Assembly (NCBI RefSeq): GCF_032191835.1
Contig: NC_083236.1
Span: 20,212,001-20,276,000 of the forward strand
Source: Heteronotia binoei
Lineage: Eukaryota
DNA: 64,000 bases
Reading direction: 5' to 3'
The notes beneath the pieces were generated by a model. That model was not told the DNA's origin and did no database searches. It saw only the letters and a list, made by a program, of their open reading frames with translations. The position numbers and the translations under genes were made by a program. Positions 11,686 to 24,801 of this stretch are shown piece after piece (positions within the stretch are counted from its first letter, which is position 1; each line of letters opens with the position of its first letter).

Positions 11686-12378
11686 AGTGACTAAAAAAAA
11701 CTTCCCTAGAAATCATCATCATCATGCAACTCTAGGAACAATGAAACAATGTTATATTGAATAATTACCAGAAATACTAGAAAATTACAAAAAACTACAA
11801 AAAATTACAAGAAATGGATTAATTACAGTATTTTAAATATAACACTCCAAACATCTAATAGAATCCAGCTGACAAGCAAAAACGTAGACTGGTCAATGAG
11901 TCAGAAAGGATATGTATGTAAACGAGTGAATCACTTTCACAGTCAAGCTAGGCCTTTGATAGTTTCTACTATTATGTCATGCATTGTTTGTGAAGTGTTT
12001 GGAACGCCCCTGGCTTGATACCCATTGTGGTCTTCAAATTGTTATAATAATATTGTGATTAACTCTATTCTTGAAAAAGGTATAGCTACTGGAACAAGGT
12101 GATAATAACAATCAGGTCCTGTTGAGAGGTCTGTGAAAGTGATTCACTAGTTTACACACATATCCTTTCTGGCTCATTGACAAGTATATGTTTTTGCTTG
12201 TCAGCCAGATTCTATTATATATGTTTGGAGTATTATGTTTACCATACTGTAATTACTTTATTTCTTGTAACTTTTTGTAATTTTCTAGTATTTCTGGTAA
12301 TTATTCAATATAACATATTGTTTCATTGTTTCTAGAGTTGCGTTACTATTATTTCTGGGGAAGTTTTGATTAGCCACT
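11686..12378. repeat. Long inverted repeat (arms ~11686-11942 and ~12131-12378, ~190-bp spacer)
   Basis: Examples: gtgaatcactttcacag / ctgtgaaagtgattcac and gaataattaccagaaatactagaaaattac / gtaattttctagtatttctggtaattattc. Confidence 0.9.
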
Positions 12379-12601
12379 AGCGTTTTGGTTCCAGACTTCT
12401 AATTTGGTCCCAGGCTAATAATTTCTATGTGTTTCCTTAACAGATATGCTCCCTTTCTTACTGAAAAGATGAAAAACAGACAGGATACCTAATTCCATAG
12501 ACCTTTTCTGAAATGCAGCTGAGGGCACATTACCTACCCCCTCAACACAGTCACTAAGTCTTGAGATACAAACTGTCATTCAACTGCACAGCCGGCCTTA
12601 C

Positions 12602-12955
12602 CTTGCTGTCGGCACTGATGAGGAGCGGTTGCACTTTGATGCTGTCTTTAACCACGGAGACAGTTGCACTGCTAGTGCTGATGGGAGTTACGCTGTTGGG
12701 GGACGTAGATATGATGGCATAGGCCACCCCGGTGCTGCTCAGGGGTGATGAAATAGCTGTAGGTTCAGCAACACTTTGCAACTGGCTATTGAATGTCTGT
12801 ACATGGCTAACAGTGTTATTGGCAGTCGGGAGGGCAGGAGTTGGGTTTTTGATGCTGACAACAGTTGCCTTTTGGAATGTAGGAGGTTGTTTCGAAAGTT
12901 GGTCTCTGCATGGAGAAACAGGGAGGCTGTCTGGAATCAGGGTCTTTGGCCTAAC
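12602..12955 (-). CDS. PHF21B: PHF21B large coding exon (354 nt, phase 0/0): [19 protein letters not shown]...[11 protein letters not shown]
   Basis: Acceptor tttctgcag and donor AAG|gtaagg. Open 118-codon frame, highly similar to recalled PHF21[14 protein letters not shown]...[11 protein letters not shown]...[11 protein letters not shown]...QPLLISAD. Confidence 0.96.
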
Positions 12956-13495
12956 CTGCAGAAAAGATATGCCGTTAGACATAAATTGGAAAGAACAGCA
13001 ACAAACCCAGTGGACACATACATGGCCACAGCTACTGGGGAGGAATACATAGGTGGGTATACTCTCATGGCCACCTGAGGGACCTTTCTAGACTCATTTT
13101 CCTAGAATTTTCTGCATTTTAAGTCAGCTCCTATCTCTATCACCCATGAAAATACTTGGAAGAAGGGGACCATCGGGCAATATTCTACCCAGTTGCTCAG
13201 CAAGAAGTAAGCCTGTTCCTGCTATCCAACATTATGATCAGCGTATGCAAATTGCTGACAGACAAACAAACTTACAATTTCAAAAACATGTTAAATAACT
13301 TTCTTATGAACTACAGGTATGTTTTTGCTGGTTCACACAGGTTTAATATACTTATCCCAACCTCCTCAGGTGACAGAAATCTTTGACTATAGGTCAGTTA
13401 TTGGCAAAGATTTCATTCTATTACATGTGTAGAATTAGGCACTCCAATTAACTATTTAAAGTCATCTGTTGAATTCAGCCAACTTTACTAGTGGA

Positions 13496-13667
13496 CAGGG
13501 GTGGAATTCTAGCAGGAGCTCCTTTGCATATTTGGCCACACACCCCTGATGTAACCAATCCTCCAAGAGCTTACAAAAAAAAAGCCTTGTAAGCTCTTGG
13601 AGGATTGGCTATATCAGGGGTGTGTGGCCTAATATGCAAAGGAGCTCCTGCTAGAATTCCACCCCTG
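13496..13667. mobile_element. Palindromic hAT MITE (same family as 9165)
   Basis: Foldback. TSD ctagtgga / ctaatgga. Confidence 0.9.
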
Positions 13668-13679
13668 CTAATGGATCAT

Positions 13680-13875
13680 TTCCACCACCACCCTTTCCTC
13701 CAAAGACTCTGGGTTGCACACATGTCCTCCACCATCTTATCATCATCACAACTCCTGTGAGGTAAGTGAGGCTGAGAGAGAGAGAGAGAGAAACTGGCAC
13801 AAGATCACCCAGGGAGTTTCCTGACTGCAAGGATTTCCAGTTTCCTTACTCCTTGTCCGACACTATAAGCGCTGC
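13680..13875 (-). mobile_element. MIR-like tRNA SINE
   Basis: cacaactcctgtgaggtaagtgaggctgagag...ccagggagtttc core. Similar to 43200 and 53490. Confidence 0.6.
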
Positions 13876-14927
13876 TGGTCTAGTCAAGTGGACCACCTCA
13901 AGGAATTTTTTTCAGCTGATAAAGTTCTTCCTTGAGAAGGAGGAGTCTGTGGCCAGCTGATCAAGCAGCATGCTAAAACTTACTCAAGGGGGGATCTGTC
14001 TTTGAATAAGCAGGCTTTGCTTTAATATTTATTTATTTATTTATTATTTATTTATTCGGTTTATATCCCGCCCTCCGCACCGAGACTGGCTAAGTTTGAT
14101 AAATAAAAACAGTACACATAGCCTGTACAAATGGCAGGCTGAGTAAGAATTATATTATCTAGCCTTTTCTGTCCTTTTAGATGTGAGATTCTAGCAGAGA
14201 TGTTAAATGGGAAGCATTTTGTCTTAATCTGGTCAGAGGCATTGGCAACTGTAAGCACTGAAGTGCTCTGAGCTTGGGGATTGATGACTCATCCATCCAG
14301 CACCTTTCCTTTTTGCCAGCTACAGATTCAGAGCTGGGCACCCATTTGTAGAAAGAGTGTAGTCTCAATTTTTAAAATATTGATGTAATTTCAAGGGTGA
14401 AAGGCGTTTCTCAACCCAGACTGTACGTGCAACATAGGGAAACGTGAAAGGTATGCTGTTTCCTGTCCTAGCAATAAATAGGCTAGTGAAGTCGGTCGTA
14501 ACAGCACTGTCTACAATGGTTATGTCCCATTATTTTGTCCTGGTATTATATCCATAGAGGGGTTATTGAAAGCCGGCTCTCAAAACAACAAATGCAGAAG
14601 CATTATGGTTTTAAATAGGAATAAGTGAACTGCAGAAATTTTATTCTAGTGAGAGAACAGAGGCTTTCTTAAGGGAAATTTCTAAGGGCTACTAATGGTT
14701 GCTGCTTGCAAATTTACATTGCAGTCTTACGCAAAGTTATTCCACCTATGTTTACAGTGCTAGTGAAGTGGACATGGTGCCACATGCTTAAGGATTCCTG
14801 GACCACACAATGAACATTTTTTTACCACTTTATAAAGCAAGGATGTAGAAAACAAAACAAAATAAAAGGCCTCAGCCTTTGGCCTAATGGTGCAGGCAAT
14901 TTGCATGCCTGCTACTTTGCATTTACA

Positions 14928-15732
14928 TAGGGTTGCCAAGTCCAGTTCAAGAAATATTTGGGTTCTTTGGGGGTGGAGCCAGGAGACACTGGGGTGGAGC
15001 AGGGAACAAGGTTGTGACAAGCACAATTGAAATCCAAAGGGAGTTTTGGCAATCACACACCTTTTAAATGTCATAAAGGTAAAGGTAGTCCACTGTGCAA
15101 GCACCACTTGTTTTCGACTCTGGGGTGAAGTTGCTTTCACAACGTTTTCACGGCATACTTTTTACAGGGTGGTTTGCCATTGCCTTCCCCAGTCATCTAC
15201 ACTTTCCCCCCAGCAAGCTGGGTACTCATTTTACCGACCTCAGAAGGATGGAAGGCTGAGTCATCCTTGAGCCGGCTACCTGAACCAGCTTTTGCTGGGA
15301 TCGAACTCAGGTCGTGAGCAGAGGGCTCTGACTGCAGTACTGCAGCTTTACCACTCTGTGCCACAGGGCTAGTAAATGTCTTACCTCCATTGCAAATAAT
15401 GAAGGATAGGGGCACCTTCTTTGGGGGCTCATAGAATTGGACCCCCTGGTCCAATCCTTTTGAAACGTGGATGGTAGTTTGGGGGAGAGGCACTGGATGC
15501 TATGCTGCAAATTTGGTGTCTCTACCTCAAAAAAACAGGGGCCCCCCTAGAGTTCCAGATACCTGCAGATCAATTCTTCATTATCCCCTAAAGGAATCAA
15601 TCTTCATAGGGAATAATGGAGTGCCCAGCAGACATTTCACTCCCCCACCCCCGCTTTCTGATGACCCTGAAGCAGGGGGAGGGCCTCTAAACCGGGATAT
15701 CCTCTGCCCCCAGCTGGAGATTGGCAATCATA
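14928..15732. mobile_element. Long non-autonomous hAT element containing a nested Sauria SINE
   Basis: Termini tagggttgcca and tggcaatcata. Perfect TSD catttaca. Confidence 0.9.
15076..15370 (-). mobile_element. Sauria SINE nested in hAT element
   Basis: TSD taaatgtcata / taaatgtctta. Confidence 0.9.
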
Positions 15733-16583
15733 CATTTACAGATGGTAAATAGTGATGTTAAGATCCTCAGCAAACTGGAAGATGTTTTGTCTAATGAATC
15801 TTGTCCCCTAGGTGATTTAGCTCAGGTGCTTCGACAATGAAGGCAGAAGGGAATTAGAAGCAGGAGCAGAGGAGAGCAGGAGGGAATTAGGTCCATAACA
15901 ATAACCACATAGGGAATCAGTGTAAGCCTCATACAAATTTACATTTCCTAGTGTCTCTTGGAATGCTGCTTTAAGGCCAATTGAAGTTTCCAAAGAAGAT
16001 TTGGCTGGAGTTAAAACAATATTTATTTATGCTATTTATAGTCCTCCTTTCTCACTTGGACTCAAGGCAGATTACACAGCTCAGTGAGTCAATACAATTG
16101 ACAGGATGGGACATTCAAAGAACAATGCAATAGGAATTAGGGTTGCAGAACCAGCCAGAAGTCTAATAACAGAACTGAAGCAAAGCATAAGTATTAAGAT
16201 GACCTTTAAATGATGCAAAAATTACACAGAAGGATCACAAGTAACAAGCTACGCATAGCAATGTAGACCACAGTCCCTAATAATTTATCCAAATAACTTT
16301 AGGAAATATTTAACACAGTGCGATTCATTCTACATGCCGTTCATTCTATGGAGTAACAAACAAAAACGGACTCATTACTGCAGTGTAGAAAATATATGTA
16401 AAAATGGAGAAGCTTGCATTGTGCACACAAGACAATAAAAGGAAAGGCTCTAGGGTGCTGTTATCTTCCACTGGTGTAATTAATGCTCTTCTCTCACCAG
16501 AGTTAAGCAGGTATTAAGCATTTCCTCAATGTTACTTGCAAATAATTTGATTTGTTGCATTGATCACTTCTGTGCTTTTCTGC

Positions 16584-16770
16584 TAGGGCTTTTTAAAGCA
16601 GGAACGCAGTTCCGGCTGGTTTGGCATCGGGGGTGTTGCCTAATATGCAAATGAGTTCCTGCAGCTTTTTTTCCTACAAAAAGCCCTGTGTGAAACAATG
16701 GCAATGTCAGGGGTGTAGCCTAATATGCAAATGAGTTCCTGCTGGGCTTTTTTCTACTCCAAAAGCCCTG
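16584..16770. mobile_element. hAT MITE (CAGGGCTTTTT family) with two octamer motifs
   Basis: Termini tagggcttttt and aaaagccctg. Internal repeat cctaatatgcaaatgagttcctgc occurs twice. Confidence 0.75.
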
Positions 16771-17228
16771 CGTGCTGCCATATTCCACTGGTCACTTTAA
16801 GCACTCCTTCTTTTGGAATAAAGTTCTCAGCCCCTGTCATCGTCCAGTAATCTGCTATCAAAAACAGTGGTCTGCATTTCAGCAAGCAAAAGCAGATTCC
16901 TCTCTTGAAACCTGATAAAAACAAGCAAATAAAGATATATGCCAGCCTTGAACAACACACAGCCTGCACAGGGCTTGTGAAAGCTTTTTTTCACTGTGGC
17001 CCATTGGTGGCGGTGGTGGGGAGTACAGGTTCCAAAAGCCCTGCTTGCCATTTTCCGTGACAGTTTTTAGATGATAAACAGGTGATGGGATCCACATTCT
17101 GTGATTAGAAGTTTCTTTCTACTAACATTTAGTTGCCCTTCTCTTTCAAGCTCTCTCTAGAAGTTAGTGTCATCCTAACTCGCTGACCTTAACTGGAATT
17201 ACTTCCCTGCTCTCAATGCTCTGCAACT

Positions 17229-18072
17229 TAGGGTTCCAGGTGCCCCCTGGATAGCAGCAGGAGATAGGGGGTAAGACCTCCCGCCCTGGCTGGGGACTCC
17301 TGAATTTTCAGCCTCCTCCCCCGCTCTTAAAAAGTCTGGGGGCGGGGGAGAGAGAACATACCTGCAGGCATCATGTTTTACAGCTTGGAATCCGTTTTTA
17401 AGGCTGCACAGAAAACAGGAACGGCCCTTTAAGGCTGCACAGGAAACAGGAACGGCCCCTCCCTTTCTTTTCCTGTGCAGCCTTACTTTCGTTTTCACAG
17501 CCAGCAAATTCTGCTGGGAGAAGACCAAGTACGGTAAGTGTTTGTGTGTGTGTGTGAGAGAGAGGGAGGGGGCAGGGAGGGGGGAATTCCCTGGTATGGA
17601 GGCCCACCCCCCCTTTAGAAAGCATGTGGGGGGGGAGGTAATGTCTACTAGGCACTCTATTATTCCCTATGGAGAACGATTCCCATAGAGAATAATAGGG
17701 AATTGATCCACGGGTATTGGGGGCTCTGGGGGGGGGCTATTTTTTGAGGTAGAGGCACCATATTTTTAGTGTAGCAGCTAGTGCCTCTCCCCAAAATACC
17801 CCCCAAGTTTCAAAAAGATTGGACTAGGGGGTCCAATTCTATGAGCCCCAAAAGATGGTGCCCCTATCCTTAATTATTTCCTATGGAAGAAAGGCATTTA
17901 AAAAGGCGTGCTGTCCCTTTAAATGTGATGGGCAGAACTCCCTTGTTCAATTATGCTTGTCACATCCTTGTTCCTGGCTCCACCCCCAATGTCTCCTGGC
18001 TCCACCCCCAAAGTCTCCTGGCTCCACCCCCAAATTCCCCAGATTTTTCTTTAATTGGACTTGGCAACCCTA
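17229..18072. mobile_element. Long hAT derivative with extra GC-rich internal segment
   Basis: Termini tagggttcca and tggcaacccta. The right part is homologous to the 14928, 24114 and 59363 elements. Confidence 0.85.
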
Positions 18073-18273
18073 AAGGGTGCCAGAGCCATGTTGAGAAACT
18101 CCTGGAGATTTGGGGGTGGAGCCTGGGGAGGAGAGGGACCTCAGTGATGTACAAGGCCATAGAGTCCACCCTCCAAAGCATCCATTTTCTCCAGGGGAAC
18201 TGATCTCTGTAGTCTGGAGCTGAGCTGTAATTCCAGGGGATCCCCAGGTCCCACCTGGAGGCTGGCATCCTTA
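18073..18273. mobile_element. Short hAT element abutting the long one
   Basis: Reverse-orientation homologue of the 1877 element, ending ctggcatcctta. Confidence 0.75.
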
Positions 18274-19714
18274 CTCCAGCTCTCTAACATTATTCTTCCT
18301 TTTATAAAGCCCCTGAACTCCCCAGCCCACACCCTCCCTCTTGGTTGTTCTGTGAGTCTGCCTCTTTTCCTTCATCATCCCTCTCCTCAACACTCATAGT
18401 TTCTGTGACACCTTTGCCCTAATTGTAACTACAACTGCAACCTAGTCTAAATAAACACAATTGCATAGCCTCATATTCATTTCTGATTATTCTGGTCTCT
18501 TTTTTCCTGTCTCCTTAGCAAAAATTAGATTATAAATTCTCCAGGGGTTGAAGAAAAGCCCTCTTTTTTTTTCCTTGAAAACTCTTGTAAAAGATGACAC
18601 TCTATAATGAAGAAAACAATATCATCATACTTGAAGACAGAAACCTCAATAAGTGCAGAGCAAAGGCAAGAGGGGACTACAATTCCAAAGCGCCAGATCA
18701 AGGATATGCAAAACAATCCACCTGAACTCTCAGAGGTCAACACTTTTGGCTCAGCCACAGGCTTCCTCGCCTTCATGAAGGACAGCGTGCATCTCACCAA
18801 AGCAATCGATCCTTCATAGGATGTAGTTATGGCAAAACACAGGGAGCGCCGTTAAGCGGGATTTGAGGCTGCTTTTGTTCTAGAATTTGTAATGCGTAAC
18901 ACTCTGTTATGCAGCACGCACCAGTGGTACTATTTGCTGCATACCACACCGACAGTTCTCACCATATGAATACTTAGGCTGCTTTTTTGTCCCCCCTTGT
19001 GGTAACTACATAGAATTACATATATCTTGTATGCTCTGGTCCTCCAGCCTGTTGTCATACTTACTTAATAAATATGTCCTCTCAAACTGCACCCCTAACA
19101 CAAGTTACAGAAACAATTAAACAGTTGCCTACCTCCAGGACTGAGCAAGAGAAACCCCCTACGGAACAGAAAGCAAGAAATGGCTCTCCCACATACTGTT
19201 TTAATCCCTTTTCTCTGCATTCTGTGGCAAAACAGTAAGTAATGGTATTGAAACAGTCAATTAAAGGATTAGGGGTTTTTATTTTTAAAAATAAGAAGAA
19301 AAGCTTCAGTTGTAAACAGTGTGAATGTGCATTAGATGAGGAATCCCCTTGAGGTGAGAGCACAGCATAGACGCTGATGTTCCTGGCAATCCTCAGAGGG
19401 TGCCGCAGAAGTTCCTGACACACAAGGAGACCTAACATTCATATCCCACCAACAGCACCATGCATCAGGCAGAAGGACTGGTCTGCTGCACTTTACAGGA
19501 CAGAATAGTCTAAGAAAGTGGAGCCGCCGTGACAAAAAGAGGTGTACCATCAACATTTTATTCCCACAGTGGGTTTCTTGTTCGCATGTAAGAAACTTAC
19601 CCTGCTACTTTCTAGATGTCTCAGTAGGTGAGCAAAATTTGAATCTGGAAGCACACTAGGTTTTCAAGGTGCAAACTTTCGAGAGTCAAAGCTCCCTTTG
19701 TTATTACCTTCAAC

Positions 19715-19823
19715 CAGGGGTTTTTTTAAATAGAAAGGCCCAGCAGGAACTCATTTGCATATTAGACCACACCCTCTGATGCCAAGCCAGCCGGAACTGA
19801 GTTCCTGCTCAAAAAAAGCCCTG
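19715..19823. mobile_element. hAT MITE (CAGGG family)
   Basis: Termini caggggttttt and aaaaagccctg. TSD ccttcaac / ccttcaat. Confidence 0.85.
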
Positions 19824-19947
19824 CCTTCAATGTTTCTTCATGTATTTGGCCCACCTGGCCTTCCACCATTTTCCTCTTTGCCCATGACTTAGATTGCTTC
19901 CTTAGACACTTGAAGGATGAGGCTTTTTATCAGTTGTAGAGGACAAG

Positions 19948-20168
19948 AAGGGTTCCCAGTTCCAGACTGGGAAATACCTGGAGATTTTGGGGGTGAAGCC
20001 TGAGGACAGCAAGGTTTGGGTTTAGGGGAGGGACTTCAGTGGGGTGTAATGCCATACAGTCCACTTTTCAAAGTGGTCATTTTTTCCCGGGGAAATTATC
20101 TATGTTGCCTGGAGATCAGCTGGAATTCCATGAGATCTCCAGCTACCACCTGGAGGTTGGCAACACTA
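19948..20168. mobile_element. Short hAT element (TAGGGTTGCCA family)
   Basis: Homologous to 40641-40851. Confidence 0.75.
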
Positions 20169-21469
20169 CCAAGAAAGCACTCCATATAACCACAATTAAT
20201 GAATTCCATCTGTCCTGAATGAACTGCTGAGAAGCATTTGCTGTATGAATAGACTTTTCTTTTTTAGGTCCCGACTTTGATAAAGTACCAAGTGAAACAA
20301 GCAAGGAGTTGACACTTTGTTAGACAGGGCTTTAAGTATCCCAAGCCTTCCCTGGATGGGACACTAAAATTGTATGAGTGCTTGACTTTAGGACTACTCT
20401 GCAAAGAAACAGCCACACTGAAAGACTTTGTCATCTATTATTTTGGCATCAGAAGTTTTTTCCCTCATCGTTTTGCATTCTGGCTTGAAGAAAATGGACT
20501 TTTTTGTAATTGTATTTCTATATAGGAAACTGTCAGACTTTTCTGATATGTATTGAATTGATAAACTTAATGAAATTACTTATGATTTGTTACTGATGTT
20601 GGTATAGTTTAATTCGTTATGTAGAATTATGTTCTTGAGAGTGTTGCATTCTTCTGTGCAGCTCTCTCCTGGTTTTTGTATCCCACCTGGAGGCTGACAA
20701 CTCTTAGGACAATAGAATTTAGTTGGGAGCAGATCTTAGCAATGTATGCATTTTTATTTTTATGCATTTTATTCCACCTTTCTCAAAGGCTCAGACAACT
20801 ACCAGAGAGAGTTCTGTGAGCCGAATGTTTTAGGCCCCTCTCGAGTTCACTTAGGGTCATGGTGTTTACCAGCCAATGACCTCTTTCCAGTATTAGGACT
20901 CCTGGACAAACATTAGGGCTCCTGAATCTGACAAAAGGAGCTTTGATTCTGGAAAGCTCATACCCTGGAAAACTTTTTGTTCTCTAAATGCTACTGAATT
21001 TCAGTCTTGATCTGGCTGGGGCAACTTTCAGATTCCCAAGCCTTGTGGCCAGTTGAACTGCACCTGATCATATCCCTTCACCTGTACCTTTAAAAGGTTG
21101 TGGCACCAATATTGAGGGACCGACTGCCTCTCAGGCAAGGGACCTATGAATTCATCCAAGACCCTGATTTGCTTAAATATTGACACTGAGAGTGAAGCAA
21201 TCCTGCTAGAATCCAGGGCTCTCAGCTCGCTTTTTACACTGCAGCTGGCTGACTGACAGTAATGTGAATGATCGCACGAAAGGCCACTATGCAGAGCTGA
21301 ATGGAGAGTTGTTTGTGAACAGCTCAGGAGAGCTAATTAACAAAAGAGAAGGCAAACACAGCCTTTGTCATCAATTGAGGGGTGGGGGGGAAGAGGGAGT
21401 CTGTTATTACTATCATTACTCAAGCGGCACCGTCACTGCTGACAAAGTGGGCTAATAGTCCATCCAGGC

Positions 21470-22640
21470 CATCCTCCTGTCTCACACTGTAGCCAGCCAG
21501 TTCCTCTGAAGGGCCCACAACAGGGCATAGAGGCTGAGGTCTTCCCCTGAAGTTGCCTCCTGGCTCTGGGATTTAGAGGTTTAATGCCTCTGAATGTGGA
21601 GGTTCCCCTGAGTCACCAGGGCTAGTAGCCAATACTAGGCTTAAAAAGGTAAAGGTAGTCCCCTGTGCAAGCACCAGTCATTTTCGACTCTGGGGTGACG
21701 TTGCTTTCACAATGTTTTTACAGCCGACTTTCAACGGGGTGGTTTGCCATTGCCTTCCCCAGTCATCTAGACTTTCCCCCCAGCAAGCTGGGGACTCATT
21801 TTACCGACCTCGGAAGGAGGGAAGGCTGAGTCAACCTCGAGCCGGTTACCTGAACCAGCTTCCACTGGGATCGAACTCAGGTCGTGAGCAGATCCTCCAT
21901 TAATCTAGCTAATCCCCTTTTAAAGCTGTTTATTCCTGTGGCCACCACTATGTCCTCTGGCCGCAAAATTCACAGTTTAGACATTCTTTGTGTAAAGAAA
22001 TATTTCTTTTTGTCTGTCCTGAACTTGTACTGCTCATCGTTTTCATTGGATGCCCTCAAGTTCTAGTATTTTGGGACAAGGGAAAAAAAGCTCTCTTTGT
22101 CAGCTTTCTCCATTCCATGAAAAAAATTATAAACCTCTATCATGTTCCCCCCTTTAGTAATCTCTTTTCTATACTGAAAAGTCCCAAATACTTCAGCTTT
22201 TCCTCATATGGACGATAACACACACACACCCCAATCATCTTGGTTGCTCTCCTCACTACTTTTTCCAGCTCTGAAATGTCCTTTTTGAGATACAGCAACC
22301 AGAACTGTACACAGTATTCCAAATGAGGCTGCACTATAGATCTATACAGCGGCTTTGCAATATTGACCATTTTATTCTCAATCCCTTTCCTAATAATCCC
22401 TAACATAGAGTTTGCCTTTTTCACTGCAACAACACACTGGATTGACACTTTCATTGAGCTATCCACTATGACCCCAAGATCTTTTTCCTCTCTCAGTCTC
22501 AGCAACTACAGGCCCCATTAGCCTATGAAGCTGGGATTTTTTAATCCCAATGTGCTTCAGTTTATGCTTACCAGCACTGACATTTGCCACACTGTCACCC
22601 ACTCTGCTGGTTTGTGGAGGTCCATGAAATGTTACACAAG
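21470..22640 (-). mobile_element. CR1 LINE 3' fragment interrupted by a Sauria SINE
   Basis: ORF EKDLGVIVDSSMKVSIQC...PHLEYCVQFW...ELEKVVRRATKMI. Confidence 0.9.
21643..21891 (-). mobile_element. Sauria SINE (head-truncated) nested in CR1
   Basis: Homology to the other copies. CR1 sequence continues on both sides. Confidence 0.85.
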
Positions 22641-23067
22641 AATAGGCACTGGTTCATCTCTAAGGTGCCACCAGAGTCCTGTTTATTTTTGCTACAACAT
22701 GGCTACCCCTCTGGAATTATATCAGAATACATGGCACATGACAGGCTTTCACAAGTAAAAGAGACAGGCCTAACACAAAGATAAGAGCCACCCCTAGCTC
22801 CTGGACTGTATAAACAAAGCCTGCAGGTAACACAAATTAGGTGGTTCCTGCACATACTGTAGGAGGGCAGAAAGGAAGAACTGGCAGTGTGACAAGTATT
22901 TCTGCAAGTTGCAGCTGGTGAGCATAACACAATTAGTGTTGATTTTCTGCAAAATACAAAAACATGATTTCCTAAGTATGTCAAACCTCTCTCTCGGGCA
23001 GATGTACATGAGGATTTCAAACACTGTGTGCTGATGCTGAGTTTGCTGTAGTGACACGGAAGCTTTA

Positions 23068-23346
23068 AGCCAGTTCGGTGTAGTGGTTAAGTGTGCGGAC
23101 TCTTATCTGGGAGAACCGGGTTTGATTCCCCACTCCTCCACTTGCACCTGCTGAAATGGCCTTGGGTCAGCCATAGCTCTGGCAGAGGTTGTCCTTGAAA
23201 GGGCAGCTGCTGTGAGAGCCCTCTCCAGCCCCACCCACCTCACAGGGTGTCTGTTGTGGGGGAGGAAGGTAAAGGAGATTGTGAGCCGCTCTGAAACTCT
23301 TCGGAGTGGAGGGCGGGATATAAATCCAATATCATCTTCTTCTTCT
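23068..23346 (+). mobile_element. tRNA-derived SINE with L2-type 3' end, full length
   Basis: A box ggtgtagtgg, B box ggtttgattcc, (TTC)n tail. Near-identical to 50875. Confidence 0.9.
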
Positions 23347-24113
23347 TAAGTATTCAAAAGCTCAGCCCTGCCTGTCTCGATGTTCAACAGGAAATAACAC
23401 TGTTTTATTAGCACTAGGACTGCCTGGATTTTGGAGTGTGTGTGTTTATGATGTGTTAGATTGCATTTCTGGAACCAACTGAAAATCTGTGTTGTATATG
23501 AAATGAAATTTAATTCCTCCATAGTGACCACCAGTGCAATCCCAAGCATGTATTCTTAGAGGCATATTGAGCACAATTAGATAACTCATTGCTATTCTTT
23601 TATAAGTATGCTTAGGACTGCAAAGTGGACTAAAGTGGTACAGTCCTTAGGGACTTTTGCAGTGGGCAAGGCCACCTCTCCAGCCATAGGCCCACCAACA
23701 ACCCCTGGCATAGCTCAGGATACTGACTACAGCCACAGCAAATAACAGCTGCCAGGCGCATTCTCCCCCACCCCACCCCATAACAGCCTTTCTAGTACAA
23801 CTTAACTTGGGTATGTGGCATGGAGTTCTGACATTCAGAATGCACACTTAAGGAGTACATAGCACGTTCTTTGGGTGGTGGGTAATACACAGAAAGGGCA
23901 CTTAGCACTCAAACTCAATTGGAAGAACAAATGTTTTTGGTTTGTGACTAACAGTTCAGACCCCTCTGGAGTAACATACCAAAAGGGGGGGGACCCCACA
24001 CCCTCATGCGGGGACAGAGCACTAAAGTACGGGTGATTAAAGTACAGGTCCTCCCAGTCCTCCTGATCCTGTAATGGCTGTGGCTGCCCTTTCATTTGAA
24101 TGAGAGTAGCCAG

Positions 24114-24801
24114 TAGACTTGCCAATCCCCAGGTCCCAGTGGGGGTTCTTCTGCTTTCCCAGGCTCCTTCCGACTCCCAGTCAGCTGGCCGTTGGGGGAA
24201 AGACCCGCCCCCACAGCCACCAAGTGACTTTCCACCTCCAGAGGCTTCAGTCTCCGATTGAAAGACTTCCTCTTGGGATGGTTGTCTGTGTTACTTTGAA
24301 GAAGCTGGCAACAACTCATGAGTAGAGAGGCCAATCCCTCACTTTAGAGTCGCCAGAAACGGGGTGGAGGAAGGGAAATGTCTGCTGGGCACTTCATTAT
24401 TCCCTATGTGGGGATCGATTCTCATAGGGTATAATGGGGAATTGATCTGGAGGTATTGGGGGCTCTGGGAGGGCTGTTTTTTGAGGCAGAGGCACCAAAT
24501 TGTCAGTATGGCATCTAGTGCCTCTCCGCAAAATACCTGCTAAGTGTCAAAACAATTGGACCAGGTGGTCCAATTCTATGAGCCCCAAAAGAGGGTGCCC
24601 CTATCCTTCATTATTTCCTATGGAAGGAAGACATTTAAAAAGGTGTGCTGTCCCTTTAAATGAGACGGCCAGAACTCCCTTGGAGTTCAATGATGCTTGT
24701 CACACCCTTGCTCCTGGCTCTGCCCCAATGTCTCTTGGCTCCACCCCCAAAGTCTCCTGGCTCCACCCCCCAAAGTCCCCAGATAATTTTTGGCAACCCT
24801 A
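24114..24801. mobile_element. Long non-autonomous hAT element
   Basis: Termini tagacttgcca and tggcaacccta. TSD gtagccag / gcagccag. Confidence 0.88.

Noticed and set aside
18607-18819. 70-aa plus-strand ORF with protein-like composition
   Set aside because: No motif, splice context or known similarity.
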